Assembly (NCBI GenBank): GCA_051362555.1
Contig: CM120640.1
Coordinates: forward strand, 33,065,967 to 33,129,966
Direction: 5' to 3'
DNA length: 64,000 bases
Source: Lingula anatina
Taxonomy: Eukaryota; Animalia; Brachiopoda
In this document: positions 1-15,000 of the stretch, piece after piece
Layout: each line of letters opens with the position of its first letter
Position numbering within the stretch: position 1 is the first letter of the stretch
Made by a program: the position numbers and the translations under genes
Notes under the pieces: generated by a model
What the model was told of the DNA's origin: nothing
The model's input: only the letters and a program-made list of their open reading frames with translations
The model's database searches: none

Positions 1-3000
1 AGACTACTCTTCAGATCAACAATTTAAGGTTAGAAAATTTTATTTTTTTGGAGTTGATAGAAAAATTGCAAAAATTCTAATCTAGTTTTATTTCTTTTTA
101 CTGGACATAGATGATGATTAGCAACTCTACCTAGACATTGACTTCACACGTCTATATAAGTTAAGGTTAATAAACTTTTTTTTTGTTTGGGGGGGGGGGG
201 GGAGACATAGGTAAATTGCAAAAAGATCTAATCTCTTTCTTATTTCTTTTTACAGGACATGGAAGATGACAAGTGCCTACCATGGAACATAGACTACTCT
301 TCGGATCAACAATTTATGGTTAGTAAATTTTATTTTTTTGGAGGGGATAGAAAAATTGAAAAAATCTATTCTAGTTTAATTTCTTATAACTGGACAAAGA
401 ATATAATGAGTAACTCTACCCAGACATTGACTTCACACGTCTATATAAGTTAAGATTAATAAACTTGATTAATTCTTTGGGGGGGGGGGGGGGCGGCACA
501 GGGGACTGGGGGATGTAGGCAAATTGCAAAAAGATCTAATCTCATTCTTATTTCTTTTTACAGGACATGGAAGATGACTAGTGCTTACCATCAAACATAG
601 ACTACTCTACGGATCAACAATTTATGGTTAGTAAATTTTATTTTTTTGGAGGGGATAGAAAAATTTTTACAAAATCTAATGTAGTTTTATTTCTTTTTAT
701 GGGATATAGAATATGATAAGTAACATTACCTATACATTGACTTCACATGTCGATATAAGTTGAGGTTAATAAACTCTTTTTTTTGTTGGGGGTTGGGGGG
801 GTGAAGACGGGGGGCGGTGGACGGGGGGGGGGGAGTAGGTAAATAGCAAAAAGATCTAATCTCTTTCTTATTTCTTTTTACAGGACATAGAAGATGACAA
901 GTACCTACCATGGGACATAGACTATTCTTCGGATCAACAATTTAAGGTTAGTAAATTTTATATTTTGGAGAGGATAAAAAATTTTTTACAAAATCTGATT
1001 TAGTTTTATTTCATTTTACAGGACATAGAAGATGATGAGGAACTCTAGAAGATGACAAGTGTCTACCACCGAACATAGACTACTCTTCAGATCAACAATT
1101 TAAGGTTAGAAAATTTTATTTTTTTGGAGTTGATAGAAAAATTGTAAAAATTCTTATCTAGTTTTATTTCTTTTTACTGTACATAGATGATGATTAGCAA
1201 CTCTACCTAGACATTGACTTCACACGTCTATATAAGTTAAGGTTAATAAACTTTTTTTTTGTTTGGGGGGGGGGGGGGGGAGACATAGGTAAATTGCAAA
1301 AAGATCTAATCTCTTTCTTATTTCTTTTTACAGGACATGGAAGATGACAAGTGCCTACCATGGAACATAGACTACTCTTCGGATCAACAATTAATGGTTA
1401 GTAAATTTTATTTTTTTGGAGGGGATAAAAAAATTGAAAAAAATCTATTCTAGTTTAATTTCTTATAACTGGACAAAGAATATAATGAGTAACTCTACCC
1501 AGACATTGACTTCACACGTCTATATAAGTTAAGATTAATAAACTTTATTAATTCTTTTTTTTTTTTTTTTGGGGGGGGGCGCAGGGGAATGGGGGATGTA
1601 GGCAAATTGTTAAAAGATCTAATCTCATTCTTATTTCTTTTTACAGGACATGGAAGATGACTAGTGCTTACCATCAAACATAGACTACTCTACGGATCAA
1701 CAATTTATGGTTAGTAAATTTCATTTTTTTGGAGTGGATAGAAAAATTGAAAAAAATCTATTCTAGTTTTATTTCTTATTACTGGACAAAAGAAAAATTA
1801 TTAACTCTACCCAGACATTGACTGCACATGTCTATATAAGTTAAGGTTAATAAACTTTATTAATTCTTTTTTTTTTGGGGGGGGGGGGGGGGGCACAGGG
1901 GACTGGGGGATGTAGGTAAATTGCAAAAAGATCTAATCTCATTCTTATTTCTTTTCACAGGACATGGAAGATGACAAGTGCCTACAATGGAACATAGACT
2001 ACTCTTTGGATCAACAATTTATGGTTAGTAAATTTTATTTTTTTGGAGGGGATAAAAAAATTGAAAAAAATCTATTCTAGTTTTATTTCTTATTACTGGA
2101 CAAAAATATAATGAGTGACTCTACCCAGACATTGACTTCACACGTCTATATAAGTTAAGATTAATAAACTTTATTAATTCTTTGGGGGGGGGGGGGGGGG
2201 GGGGGGGGCGGCGGCACAGGGGACTGGGGGATGTAGGCAAATTGCAAAAAGATCTAATCTCATTCTTATTTCTTTTTACAGGACATGGAAGATGACTAGT
2301 GCTTACCATCAAACATAGACTACTCTACGGATCAACAATTTATGGTTAGTAAATTTTATTTTTTTGGAGGGGATAGAAAAATTTTTACAAAATCTAATGT
2401 AGTTTTATTTCTTTTTATGGGACATAGAATATGATAAGTAACATTACCTATACATTGACTTCACAGGTCGATATAAGTTAAGATTAATAAACTTTCATTT
2501 TATTTTTTTTTTGGGGGGGGGGGGGTGTGGACGGGGGGCGGTGGACGGGGGGGGGGGGGGGATGTAGGTAAATAGAAAAAGATCTAATCTCTTTCTAATT
2601 TCTTTTTACAGGACATAGAAGATGACAAGTACCTACCATTGGACATAGACTATTCTTCGGATCAACAATTTAAGGTTAGTAAATTTTATATTTTGGAGAG
2701 GATAAAAATTTTTTTACAAAATGTGATCTAGTTTTATTTCATTTTACAGGACATAGAAGATGATGAGGAACTCTAGAAGATGACAAGTGTCTACCACCGA
2801 ACATAGACTACTCTTCGGATCAACAATTTAAGGTTAGAAAATTTTATTTTTTTGGAGTTGATAGAAAAATTGCAAAAATTCTAATCTAGTTTTATTTCTT
2901 TTTACTGGACATAGATGATGATTAGCAACTCTACCTAGACATTAACTTCAGACGTCTATATAAGTTAAATTTAATAAACTTTTTTTTTGTTTGGGGGGGG

Positions 3001-6000
3001 GGGGAGACATAGGTAAATTGCAAAAAGATCTAATCTCTTTCTTATTTCTTTTTACAGGACATGGAAGATGACAAGTGCCTACCATGGAACATAGACTACT
3101 CTTTGGATCAACAATTTATGGTTAGTAAATTTTATTTTTTTGGAGGGGATAAAAAAATTGAAAAAAATCTATTTTAGTTTTATTTCTTATTACTGGACAA
3201 AAATATAATGAGTAACTCTACCCAGACATTGACTTCACACGTCTATATAAGTTAAGATTAATAAACTTTATTAATTCTTTGGGGGGGGGGGGGGGGGGGG
3301 CGGCACAGGGGACTGGGGGATGTAGGCAAATTGCAAAAAGATCTAATCTCATTCTTATTTCTTTTTACAGGACATGGAAGATGACTAGTGCTTACCATCA
3401 AACATAGACTACTCTACGGATCAACAATTTATGGTTAGTAAATTTTATTTTTTTGGAGGGGATAGAAAAATTTTTACAAAATCTAATGTAGTTTTATTTC
3501 TTTTTATGGGATATAGAATATGATAAGTAACATTACCTATACATTGACTTCACATGTCGATATAAGTTGAGGTTAATAAACTCTTTTTTTTGTTGGGGGT
3601 TGGGGGGGTGAAGACGGGGGGGTGGTGGACGGGGGGGGGGGGGGGAGTAGGTAAATAGCAAAAAGATCTAATCTCTTTCTTATTTCTTTTTACAGGACAT
3701 AGAAGATGACAAGTACCTACCATGGGACATAGACTATTCTTCGGATCAACAATTTAAGGTTAGTAAATTTTATATTTTGGAGAGGATAAAAAATTTTTTA
3801 CAAAATCTGATTTAGTTTTATTTCATTTTACAGGACATAGAAGATGATGAGGAACTCTAGAAGATGACAAGTGTCTACCACCGAACATAGACTACTCTTC
3901 AGATCAACAATTTAAGGTTAGAAAATTTTATTTTTTTGGAGTTGATAGAAAAATTGCAAAAATTCTAATCTAGTTTTATTTCTTTTTACTGGACATAGAT
4001 GATGATTAGCAACTCTACCTAGACATTGACTTCACACGTCTATATAAGTTAAGGTTAATAAACTTTTTTTTTGTTTGGGGGGGGGGGGGGGAGACATAGG
4101 TAAATTGCAAAAAGATCTAATCTCTTTCTTATTTCTTTTTACAGGACATGGAAGATGACAAGTGCCTACCATGGAACATAGACTACTCTTTGGATCAACA
4201 ATTTATGGTTAGTAAATTTTATTTTTTTGGAGGGGATAAAAAAATTGAAAAAAATCTATTCTAGTTTAATTTCTTATAACTGGACAAAGAATATAATGAG
4301 TAACTCTACCCAGACATTGACTTCACAGGTCGATATAAGTTAAAATTAATAAACTTTCATTTTATTTTGGGGGGGGGGGGGGGGTGAAGACGGGGGGCGG
4401 TGGATGGGGGGGGATGTAGGTAAATAGCAAAAAGACCTAATCTCATTCTTATTTCTTTTTACAGGACATGGAAGATGACTAGTGCTTACAATCAAACATA
4501 GACTACTCTACGGATCAACAATTTATGGTTAGTAAATTTTATTTTTTTGGAGGGGATAGAAAAATTTTTACAAAATCTAATGTAGTTTTATTTCTTTTTA
4601 TGGGATATAGAATATGATAAGTAACATTACCTATACATTGACTTCACATGTCGATATAAGTTGAGGTTAATAAACTCTTTTTTTGTTGGGGGGGGGGGGG
4701 GGTGAAGACGGGGGGCGGTGGACGGGGGGGGGGGGGGTGAGGTAGGTAAATAGCAAAAAGATCTAATCTCTTTCTTATTTCTTTTTACAGGATATAGAAG
4801 ATGACAAGTACCTACCATCAGACATAGACTATTCTTCGGATCAACAATTTAAGGTTAGTAAATTTTATATTTTGGAGAGGATAAAAAATTTTTTACAAAA
4901 TCTGATTTAGTTTTATTTCATTTTACAGGACATAGAAGATGATGAGGAACTCTAGAAGATGACAAGTGTCTACCACTGAACATAGACTACTCTTCGGATC
5001 AACAATTTAAGGTTAGAAAATTTTATTTTTTTGGAGTTGATAGAAAAATTGCAAAAATTCTAATCTAGTTTTATTTTTTTTTACTGGACATAGATGATGA
5101 TTAGCAACTCTACCTAGACATTGACTTCACACGTCTATATAAGTTAAGGTTAATAAACTTTTTTTTTGTTTGGGGGGGGGGGGGGGGAGACATAGGTAAA
5201 TTGCAAAAAGGTCTAATCTCTTTCTTATTTCTTTTTACAGGACATGGAAGATGACAAGTGCCTACCATGGAACATAGACTACTCTTCGGATCAACAATTT
5301 ATGGTTAGTAAATTTTATTTTTTTGGAGGGGATAAAAAAATTGAAAAAAATCTATTCTAGTTTAATTTCTTATAACTGGACAAAGAATATAATGAGTAAC
5401 TCTACCCAGACTTTGACTTCACACGTCTATATAAGTTAAGATTAATAAACTTTATTAATTCTTTTTTTTTGTGGGGGGGGGGGGGCGCAGGGGAATGGGG
5501 GATGTAGTTAAATTTAAAAAGATCTAATATCATTCTTATTTCTTTTTACAGGACATGGAAGATGACAATTGCCTACCATCGAACATAGACCACTCTTCGG
5601 ATCATCATTTTAAGGTTAGTAAATTTTATTTTTTTAGAGGGGATAGAAAAATTTTTACAAAATCTAATGTAGTTTTATTTCTTTTTATGGGACATAGAAT
5701 ATGATAAGTAACATTACCTATACATTGACTTCACAGGTCGATATAAGTTAAGATTAATAAACTTTCATTTTATTTTGGGGGGGGGGCGGTGGACGGGGGG
5801 GGGGGGGGGGATGTAGTTAAATAGAAAAAGATCTAATCTCTTTCTTATTTCTTTTTACAGGACATAGAAGATGACAAGAACCTACCATTGGACATAGACT
5901 ATTCTTCGGATCAACAATTTAAGGTTAGTAAATTTTATATTTTGGAGAGGATAAAAATTTTTTTACAAAATCTGATCTAGTTTTATTTCATTTTACAGGA

Positions 6001-9000
6001 CATAGAAGATGATGAGGAACTCTAGAAGATGACAAGTGTCTTCCACCGAACATAGACTACTCTTCGGATCAACAATTTAAGGTTAGAAAATTTTATTTTT
6101 TTGGAGTTGATAGAAAAATTTCAAAAATTCTAATCTAGTTTTATTTCTTTTTACTGGACATAGATGATGATTAGCAACTCTACCTAGACATTAACTTCAC
6201 ACGTCTATATAAGTTAAATTTAATAAACTTTTTTTTTGTTTGGGGGGGGGGAGACATAGGTAAATTGCAAAAAGATCTAATCTCTTTCTTTTTTCTTTTT
6301 ACAGGACATGGAAGATGAGAAGTGCGTACCATAGAACATAGAATATTCTTCATATCAACAATTTAAGGTTAGTAAATTTTATTTTTTTGGAGGGGATAAA
6401 AAAATTGAAAAAAATCTATTCTAGTTTAATTTCTTATAACTGGACAAAGAATATAATGAGTGACTCTACCCAGACATTGACTTCACACGTCTATATAAGT
6501 TAAGATTAATAAACTTTATTAATTCTTTTTTTTTTGGGGGGGGGCGCAGGGGAATGGGGGATGTAGGCAAATTGTTAAAAGATCTAATCTCATTCTTATT
6601 TCTTTTTACAGGACATGGAAGATGACTAGTGCTTACCATCAAACATAGACTACTCTTCGGATCATCAATTTATGGTTAGTAAATTTTAGTTTTTTGGAGT
6701 GGATAGAAAAATTGAAAAAAATCTATTCTAGTTTTATTTCTTATTACTGGACAAAGAATATAATGAGTAACTCTACCCAGACATTGACTGCACACGTCTA
6801 TATAAGTTAAGGTTGATAAACTTTATTATTTCTTTTTGGGTGGGGGTGCGCAGGAGACTGGGGGATGTAGTTAAATTTAAAAAGATCTAATATCATTCTT
6901 ATTTCTTTTTACAGGACATGGAAGATGACAATTGCCTACCATCGAACATAGACCACTCTTCGGATCATCAATTTAAGGTTAGTAAATTTTATTTTTTTAG
7001 AGGGGATAGAAAAATTTTTACAAAATCTAATGTAGTTTTATTTCTTTTTATGGGACATAGAATATGATAAGTAACATTACCTATACATTGACTTCACAGG
7101 TCGATATAAGTTAAGATTAATAAACTTTCATTTTATTTTTTGGGGGGGGGGGGGGGGGGCGGTGGACGGGGGGGGGGGGGATGTAGGTAAATAGAAAAAG
7201 ATCTAATCTCTTTCTTATTTCTTTTTACAGGACATAGAAGATGACAAGTACCTACCATTGGACATAGACTATTCTTCGGATCAACAATTTAAGGTTAGTA
7301 AATTTTATATTTTGGAGAGGATAAAAATTTTTTTACAAAATCTGATCTAGTTTTATTTCATTTTACAGGACATAGAAGATGATGAGGAACTCTAGAAGAT
7401 GACAAGTGTCTACCACCGAACATAGACTACTCTTCGGATCAACAATTTAAGGTTAGAAAATTTTATTTTTTTGGAGTTGATAGAAAAATTGCAAAAATTC
7501 TAATCTAGTTTTATTTCTTTTTACTGGACATAGATGATGATTAGCAACTCTACCTAGACATTAACTTCACACGTCTATATAAGTTAAATTTAATAAACTT
7601 TTTTTTGTTTGGGGGGGGGGGGGAGACATAGGTAAATTGCAAAAAGATCTAATCTCTTTCTTATTTCTTTTTACAGGACATGGAAGATGACAAGTGCCTA
7701 CCATGGAACATAGACTACTCTTTGGATCAACAATTTATGGTTAGTAAATTTTATTTTTTTGGAGGGGATAAAAAAATTGAAAAAAATCTATTCTAGTTTT
7801 ATTTCTTATTACTGGACAAAGAATAAAATGAGTAACTCTACCCAGACATTGACTTCACACGTCTATATAAGTTAAGATTAATAAACTTTCATTTTATTTT
7901 GGGGGGGGGGGGGGGTGAAGACGGGGGGCGGTGGACGGGGGGGGATGTAGGTAAATAGCAAAAAGATCTAATCTCTTTCTTATTTCTTTTTACAGGACAT
8001 GGAAGATGACAAGTGCCTACCATGGAACATAGACTACTCTTCGGATCAACAATTTATGGTTAGTAAATTTTATTTTTTTGGAGGGGATAAAAAAATTGAA
8101 AAAAATCTATTCTAGTTTAATTTCTTATAACTGGACAAAGAATATAATGAGTAACTCTACCCAGACATTGACTTCACAGGTCGATATAAGTTAAGATTAA
8201 TAAACTTTATTAATTCTTTTTTTTTTGGGGCGGGGGGGGGGGGGCGCGCAGGGGAATGGGGGATGTAGGCAAATTGTTAAAAGATCTAATCTCATTCTTA
8301 TTTCTTTTTACAGGACATGGAAGATGACTAGTGCTTACCATCAAACATAGACTACTCTATGGATCAACAATTTATGGTTAGTAAATTTCATTTTTTTGGA
8401 GTGGATAGCAAAATTGAAAAAATCTATTCTAGTTTTATTTCTTATTACTGGACAAAAGAAAAATTATTAACTCTACCCAGACATTGACTGCACATGTCTA
8501 TATAAGTTAAGGTTAATAAACTTTATTAATTCTTTTGGGGGGGAGGGGCACAGGGGACTGGGGGATGTAGGTAAATTGCAAAAAGATCTAATCTCATTCT
8601 TATTTCTTTTTACAGGACATGGAAGATGACAAGTGCCTACCATGGAACATAGACTACTCTTCGGATCAACAATTTATGGTTAGTAAATTTTAGTTTTTTG
8701 GAGTGGATAGAAAAATTGAAAAAAATATATTCTAGTTTTATTTCTTATTACTGGACAAAGAATATAATGAGTAACTCTACCCAGACATTGACTGCACACG
8801 TCTATATAAGTTAAGGTTAATAAACTTTATTGTTTCTTTTTGGGTGGGGGTGCGCAGGAGACTGGGGGATGTAGTTAAATTAAAAAAGATCTAATATCAT
8901 TCTTATTTCTTTTTACAGGACATGGAAGATGACAATTGCCTACCATCGAACATAGACCACTCTTCGGATCATCAATTTAAGGTTAGTAAATTTTATTTTT

Positions 9001-12000
9001 TTGGAGGGGATAGAAAATTTTTTACAAAATCTAATGTAGTTTTATTTCTTTTTATGGGACATAGAATATGATAAGTAACATTACCTATACATTGACTTCA
9101 CATGTCGATATAAGCTGAGGTTAATAAACTCTTTTTTTTGTTGGGGGGGGGGGCGGTGGACGGGGGGGGGGATGTAGGTAAATAGCAAAAAGATCTAATC
9201 TCTTTCTTATTTCTTTTTACAGGACATAGAAGATGACAAGTACCTACCATTCGGCATAGACTATTCTTCGGATCAACAATTTAAGGTTAGTTAATTTTAT
9301 ATTTTGGAGAGGATAAAAAATTTTTTATAAAATCTGATCTAGTTTTATTTAATTTTACAGGACATAGAAGATGATGAGGAACTCTAGAAGATTACAAGTG
9401 TCTACCACCGAACATAGACTACTCTTCGGATCAACAATTTAAGGTTAGAAAATTTTATTTTTTTGGAGTTGATAGAAAAATTGTAAAAATTCTAATCTAG
9501 TTTTATTTCTTTTTACTGGACATAGATGATGATTAGCAACTCTACCTAGACATTGACTTCACACGTCTATATAAGTTAAGGTTAATAAACTTTTTTTTTG
9601 TTTGGGGGGGGGGGGGGAGACATAGGTAAATTGCAAAAAGATCTAATCTCTTTCTTATTTCTTTTTACAGGACATGGAAGATGACAAGTGCCTACCATCA
9701 AACATAGACTACTCTTCGGATCAACAATTTATGGTTAGTAAATTTTATTTTTTTGAAGGGGATAAAAAAATTGAAAAAAAAATCTATTCTAGTTTTATTT
9801 CTTATTACTGGACAAAGTATATAATGAGTAACTCTACCCAGGCATTGACTTCACACGTCTATATAAGTTAAGATTAATAAACTATTAATTCTTTTGGGGG
9901 GGGGCGCAGGGGACTGGGGGATGTAGGCAAATTGCAAAAAGATCTAATCTCATTCTTATTTCTTTTTACAGGACATGGAAGATGACTAGTGCCTACCATC
10001 AAACATAGACTACTCTACGGATCAACAATTTATGGTTAGTAAATTTTAGTTTTTTGGAGTGGATAGAAAAATTGAAAAAAATCTATTCTAGTTTTATTTC
10101 TTATTACTGGACAAAGAATATAATGAGTAACTCTACCCAGACATTGACTGCACACGTCTATATAAGTTAAGGTTAATAAACTTTATTATTTCTTTTTGGG
10201 TGGGGGTGCGCAGGAGACTGGGGGATGTAGTTAAATTAAAAAAGATCTAATATCATTCTTATTTCTTTTTACAGGACATGGAAGATGACAATTGCCTACC
10301 ATCGAACATAGACCACTCTTCGGATCATCAATTTAAGGTTAGTAAATTTTATTTTTTTGGAGGGGATAGAAAATTTTTTACAAAATCTAATGTAGTTTTA
10401 TTTCTTTTTATGGGACATAGAATATGATAAGTAACATTACTTAGACATTGACTTCACATGTCGATATAAGCTGAGGTTAATAAACCTTCTTTTTTTTGTT
10501 GGGGGGGGGGGGTGAGGACGGGGGGCGGTGGACGGGGGGGGGGGATGTAGGTAAATAGCAAAAAGATCTAATCTCTTTCTTATTTCCTTTTACAGGACAT
10601 AGAAGATGACAAGTACCTACCATTGGACATAGACTATTCTTCGGATCAACAATTTAAGGTTAGTAAATTTTATTTTTTGGAGGGGATAAAAATTTTTTTA
10701 CAAAATCTGATCTAGTTTTATTTCTTTTTACAGGACATAGAAGATGATGAGCAACTCTAGAAGATGACAAGTGTCTACCACCGAACATAGACTACTCTTC
10801 GGATCAACAATTTAAGGTTAGAACATTTTATTTTTTTTGGAGTTGATAGAAAAATTGCAAAAATTCTAATCTAGTTTTATTTCTTTTTACTGGACATAGA
10901 TGATGATTAGCAACTCTACCTAGACATTGACTTCACACGTCTATATAAGTTAAGGTTAATAAACTTTTTTTTTGTTTGGGGGGGGGGGGGAGACATAGGT
11001 AAATTGCAAAAAGATCTAATCTCTTTCTTATTTCTTTTTACAGGACATGGAAGATGACAAGTGCCTACCATCAAACATAGACTACTCTTCGGATCAACAA
11101 TTTATGGTTAGTAAATTTTATTTTTTTGAAGGGGATAAAAAAATTGAAAAAAAAAATCTATTCTAGTTTTATTTCTTATTACTGGACAAAGTATATAATG
11201 AGTAACTCTACCCAGGCATTGACTTCACACGTCTATATAAGTTAAGATTAATAAACTTTATTAATTCTTTTGGGGGGGGGCGCAGGGGACTGGGGGATGT
11301 AGGCAAATTGCAAAAAGATCTAATCTCATTCTTATTTCTTTTTACAGGACATGGAAGATGACTAGTGCCTACCATCAAACATAGACTACTCTTTGGATCA
11401 ACAATTTATGGTTAGTAAATTTCATTTTTTTGAAGGGGATAAAAAAATTGAAAAAAAAATCTATTCTAGTTTTATTTCTTATTACTGGACAAAGAATATA
11501 ATGAGTAACTCTACCCAGACATTGACTTCACACGTCTATATAAGTTAAGATTAATAAACTTTATTAATTCTTTTGGGGGGGGGGGCGCAGGGGACTCGGG
11601 GATGTAGGCAAATTGCAAAAAGATCTAATCTCATTCTTATTTCTTTTTACAGGACATAGAAGATGACAAGTGCCTACCATCAAACATAGACTACTCTACG
11701 GATCAACAATTTATGGTTAGTAAATTTTAGTTTTTTGGAGTGGATAGAAAAATTGAAAAAAATCTATTCTAGTTTTATTTCTTATTACTGGACAAAGAAT
11801 ATAATGAGTAACTCTACCCAGACATTGACTGCACACGTCTATATAAGTTAAGGTTAATAAACTTTATTATTTCTTTTTGGGTGGGGGTGCGCAGGAGACT
11901 GGGGGATGTAGTTAAATTAAAAAAGATCTAATATCATTCTTATTTCTTTTTACAGGACATGGAAGATGACAATTGCCTACCATCGAACATAGACCACTCT

Positions 12001-15000
12001 TCGGATCATCAATTTAAGGTTAGTAAATTTTATTTTTTTGGAGGGGATAGAAAATTTTTTACAAAATCTAATGTAGTTTTATTTCTTTTTATGGGACATA
12101 GAATATGATAAGTAACATTACTTAGACATTGACTTCACATGTCGATATAAGCTGAGGTTAATAAACCTTCTTTTTTTTGTTGGGGGGGGGGGGGTGAGGA
12201 CGGGGGGCGGTGGACGGGGGGGGGGGGATGTAGGTAAATAGCAAAAAGATCTAATCTCTTTCTTATTTCCTTTTACAGGACATAGAAGATGACAAGTACC
12301 TACCATTGGACATAGACTATTCTTCGGATCAACAATTTAAGGTTAGTAAATTTTATTTTTTGGAGGGGATAAAAATTTTTTTACAAAATCTGATCTAGTT
12401 TTATTTCTTTTTACAGGACATAGAAGATGATGAGCAACTCTAGAAGATGACAAGTGTCTACCACCGAACATAGACTACTCTTCGGATCAACAATTTAAGG
12501 TTAGAACATTTTATTTTTTTTGGAGTTGATAGAAAAATTGCAAAAATTCTAATCTAGTTTTATTTCTTTTTACTGGACATAGATGATGATTAGCAACTCT
12601 ACCTAGACATTGACTTCACACGTCTATATAAGTTAAGGTTAATAAACTTTTTTTTTGTTTGGGGGGGGGGGGGAGACATAGGTAAATTGCAAAAAGATCT
12701 AATCTCTTTCTTATTTCTTTTTACAGGACATGGAAGATGACAAGTGCCTACCATCAAACATAGACTACTCTTCGGATCAACAATTTATGGTTAGTAAATT
12801 TTATTTTTTTGAAGGGGATAAAAAAATTGAAAAAAAAAATCTATTCTAGTTTTATTTCTTATTACTGGACAAAGTATATAATGAGTAACTCTACCCAGGC
12901 ATTGACTTCACACGTCTATATAAGTTAAGATTAATAAACTTTATTAATTCTTTTGGGGGGGGGGCGCAGGGGACTGGGGGATGTAGGCAAATTGCAAAAA
13001 GATCTAATCTCATTCTTATTTCTTTTTACAGGACATGGAAGATGACTAGTGCCTACCATCAAACATAGACTACTCTTTGGATCAACAATTTATGGTTAGT
13101 AAATTTCATTTTTTTGAAGGGGATAAAAAAATTGAAAAAAAAAATCTATTCTAGTTTTATTTCTTATTACTGGACAAAGAATATAATGAGTAACTCTACC
13201 CAGACATTGACTTCACACGTCTATATAAGTTAAGATTAATAAACTTTATTAATTCTTTTGGGGGGGGGGCGCAGGGGACTCGGGGATGTAGGCAAATTGC
13301 AAAAAGATCTAATCTCATTCTTATTTCTTTTTACAGGACATAGAAGATGACAAGTGCCTACCATCAAACATAGACTACTCTACGGATCAACAATTTATGG
13401 TTAGTAAATTTTAGTTTTTTGGAGTGGATAGAAAAATTGAAAAAAATCTATTCTAGTTTTATTTCTTATTACTGGACAAAGAATATAATGAGTAAGTCTA
13501 CCCAGACATTGACTTCACACGTCTATATAAGTTAAGATTAATAAACTTTATTAATTCTTTTGGGGGGGGGTGCAGGGGACTCGGGGATGTAGGCAAATTG
13601 CAAAAAGATCTAATCTCATTCTTATTTCTTTTTACAGGACATAGAAGATGACTAGTGCCTACCATCAAACATAGACTACTCTACGGATCAACAATTTATG
13701 GTTAGTAAATTTTAGTTTTTTGGAGTGGATAGAAAAATTGAAAAAAATCTATTCTAGTTTTATTTCTTATTACTGGACAAAGAATATAATGAGTAACTCT
13801 ACCCAGACATTGACTGCACACCTCTATATAAGTTAAGGTTAATAAACTTTATTATTTCTTTTTGGGTGGGGGTGCGCAGGAGACTGGGGGATGTAGTTAA
13901 ATTAAAAAAGATCTAATATCATTCTTATTTCTTTTTACAGGACATGGAAGATGACAATTGCCTACCATCGAACATAGACCACTCTTCGGATCATCAATTT
14001 AAGGTTAGTAAATTTTATTTTTTTGGAGGGGATAGAAAATTTTTTACAAAATCTAATGTAGTTTTATTTCTTTTTATGGGACATAGAATATGATAAGTAA
14101 CATTACTTAGACATTGACTTCACATGTCGATATAAGCTGAGGTTAATAAACCTTCTTTTTTTTGTTGGGGGGGGGGGTGAGGACGGGGGGCGGTGGACGG
14201 GGGGGGGGGATGTAGGTAAATAGCAAAAAGATCTAATCTCTTTCTTATTTCCTTTTACAGGACATAGAAGATGACAAGTACCTACCATTGGACATAGACT
14301 ATTCTTCGGATCAACAATTTAAGGTTAGTAAATTTTATTTTTTGGAGGGGATAAAAATTTTTTTACAAAATCTGATCTAGTTTTATTTCTTTTTACAGGA
14401 CATAGAAGATGATGAGCAACTCTAGAAGATGACAAGTGTCTACCACCGAACATAGACTACTCTTCGGATCAACAATTTAAGGTTAGAACATTTTATTTTT
14501 TTTGGAGTTGATAGAAAAATTGCAAAAATTCTAATCTAGTTTTATTTCTTTTTACTGGACATAGATGATGATTAGCAACTCTACCTAGACATTGACTTCA
14601 CACGTCTATATAAGTTAAGGTTAATAAACTTTTTTTTTGTTTGGGTGGGGGGAGACATAGGTAAATTGCAAAAAGATCTAATCTCTTTCTTATTTCTTTT
14701 TACAGGACATGGAAGATGACAAGTGCCTACCATGGAACATAGACTACTCTTTGGATCAACAATTTATGGTTAGTAAATTTTATTTTTTTGGAGGGGATAA
14801 AAAAATTGAAAAAAATCTATTCTAGTTTTATTTCTTATTACTGGACAAAAATATAATGAGTAACTCTACCCAGACATTGACTTCACACGTCTATATAAGT
14901 TAAGATTAATAAACTATTAATTCTTTTGGGGGGGGGGGGGGGGGGGGGCGGCACAGGGGACTGGGGGATGTAGGCAAATTGCAAAAAGATCTAATCTCAT

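Noticed and set aside
300-350. Spliced-leader RNA or snRNA gene array (donor followed by Sm-like ATTTTTTTGGAG)
   Set aside because: The Sm-like tract is only ~15 nt from the donor with no evident stem-loops. Each unit also has an upstream branch point and acceptor, which SL genes do not need. Finding ...CAACAATTTA(A/T)G at the 5' ends of unrelated mRNAs would reopen this.
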